Part shown: positions 62,810-64,000 of the stretch, piece by piece | How the letters are laid out: each line of letters opens with the position of its first letter | Position numbering within the stretch: position 1 is the first letter of the stretch | Assembly (NCBI RefSeq): GCF_009914755.1 | Contig: NC_060930.1 | Source: the human T2T-CHM13v2.0 reference genome, Homo sapiens | DNA length: 64,000 bases | Direction: 5' to 3' (one strand) | Notes under the pieces: model-generated | The model's database searches: none | Told to the model about the DNA's origin: nothing | What the model saw: only the letters and a program-made list of their open reading frames with translations | Made by a program: the position numbers and the translations under genes

Positions 62810-64000
62810 AACTAAAAATAAAAACCACATGATCATCTCCATAGATGCAGAAAAGACTTCTGATAAAATTCAACATTGCTTCATGTTGAAAATCCTCAAC
62901 AAACTAGGCACTGAAAGAACGTATCTCAAAATAATAACAGCCATCTATGACAAACCCACAGCCAACATCATACGGTATGGGTAAAAGTTAGAAGCATTCT
63001 ACCTGAGAACTGGAACAAGATAAGAATGCTCACTCTCACGGCTCCTACTCAGCGTAGTACTGGAATTCCTAACCAGAACAATCAGGCAAGAAAAAGAAGT
63101 AAAAGGCATCCAAATAGGAAGAGAAGAAGTCAAACTATATTTGCAGATGATATAATGTTATAACTAGATCTTGGACAAGGTAGCATAAGAAAAAGTAAAT
63201 CGATAAATAAAAATACAAAATACAAAATAATTTTATACCTAGAAAACCCCATAGTATCTGGCCAAAAGATCCTAGATCTTATAAACAACTTCAGTAAAGT
63301 TTCAGGGTGCAAAATCAATGTACAAATATCAGTAGCATTTCTATACACCAACAGTATCCAAACTGAGTGCCAAATGAAGAGTATGATCTCATTCAGAACA
63401 GACACACACACGCACACACACACACACACACAAACAAAATACCTAGGAATACAGCTAATCAGGGAGGTGAAAGATCTCTACAGCGAGAATTACAACACTG
63501 CTCAAAGAAATCAGAGATGACACAAATGGAAAAATACTCTATGCTCATGGATAAGAAGAATCAATATTGTTTAAATGGTCATACTGCCCAAAGCAATCTA
63601 CAGATTCAGTGCTATCCCTATCAAACTACCAATGACATTCTTCTCAGAATTAGAAAAAAACTATTCTAAAATTCATATGGAACCAAAAAAGAGCCTGAAT
63701 AGCCAACGCAATCATAAGCAAAAGAACAAAGCTGGAGGCATCACTGTTACCCAACTTCAAACTATACTTTAAGGCTACAGTCACCAGAACAGCATGGTAC
63801 TGATATAAAAACAGACACACAGTCCAATGGAACAGAATAGAGAGCTCAGAAATAAAAACGTACACCTACAACCATCTGATACTCAACAAAGTCGACAAAA
63901 GCAATGGGGAAAGGGCTCCCTATTCAATAAATGGCACCGGAATAACTGGCAAGCCATATGCAGAAGATTGAAGCTGGACTTCTTCCTTACACCATCTACA
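62810..64000 (+). mobile_element. L1 ORF2 reverse-transcriptase region, decayed, runs off the window
   Basis: [16 protein letters not shown] and [21 protein letters not shown] remnants with frameshifts; (CA)n at 63403-63431. Confidence 0.93.

Noticed and set aside
62810-64000. Active or domesticated reverse transcriptase
   Set aside because: Frameshifts, stops, an insertion and a microsatellite disrupt ORF2

Overview
This is human (primate) genomic DNA, recognisable from the encoded proteins as the FRS3-PRICKLE4-TOMM6-USP49 locus (6p21.1). From left to right it holds the 5' part of FRS3 (minus strand; two non-coding exons and two coding exons), then a CpG-island divergent promoter. Next come the complete PRICKLE4 CDS (plus, 6 coding exons, 385 aa here) and TOMM6 (plus, 74 aa), which starts 568 nt after the PRICKLE4 stop. 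The complete USP49 CDS (minus, 5 coding exons, 688 aa) follows, with a ~6.6 kb 3'UTR ending tail-to-tail with TOMM6. The last ~30 kb is a repeat-rich USP49 5' intron with many Alus, old L1s, MSTA, MER3, MER44 and an antisense SNORA8-like copy. I checked all coding exon boundaries by hand for GT/AG and frame. I found no convincing new gene or wholly new system; most six-frame ORFs are Alu or GC-shadow artefacts. The best leads are: (1) interlocked convergent poly(A) signals of TOMM6 and USP49; (2) a uORF-packed FRS3 leader with a splice-junction AUG-UGA; (3) a PRICKLE4 last intron that looks like intronised coding sequence; (4) two different Alus inserted independently at the same site of an old local duplication; (5) a SNORA8 retrocopy whose ACA box was duplicated by an Alu TSD; (6) a USP49 isoform lacking the third catalytic residue. 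Gene names and repeat subfamilies come from recall, not a database search, and repeat boundaries are approximate.
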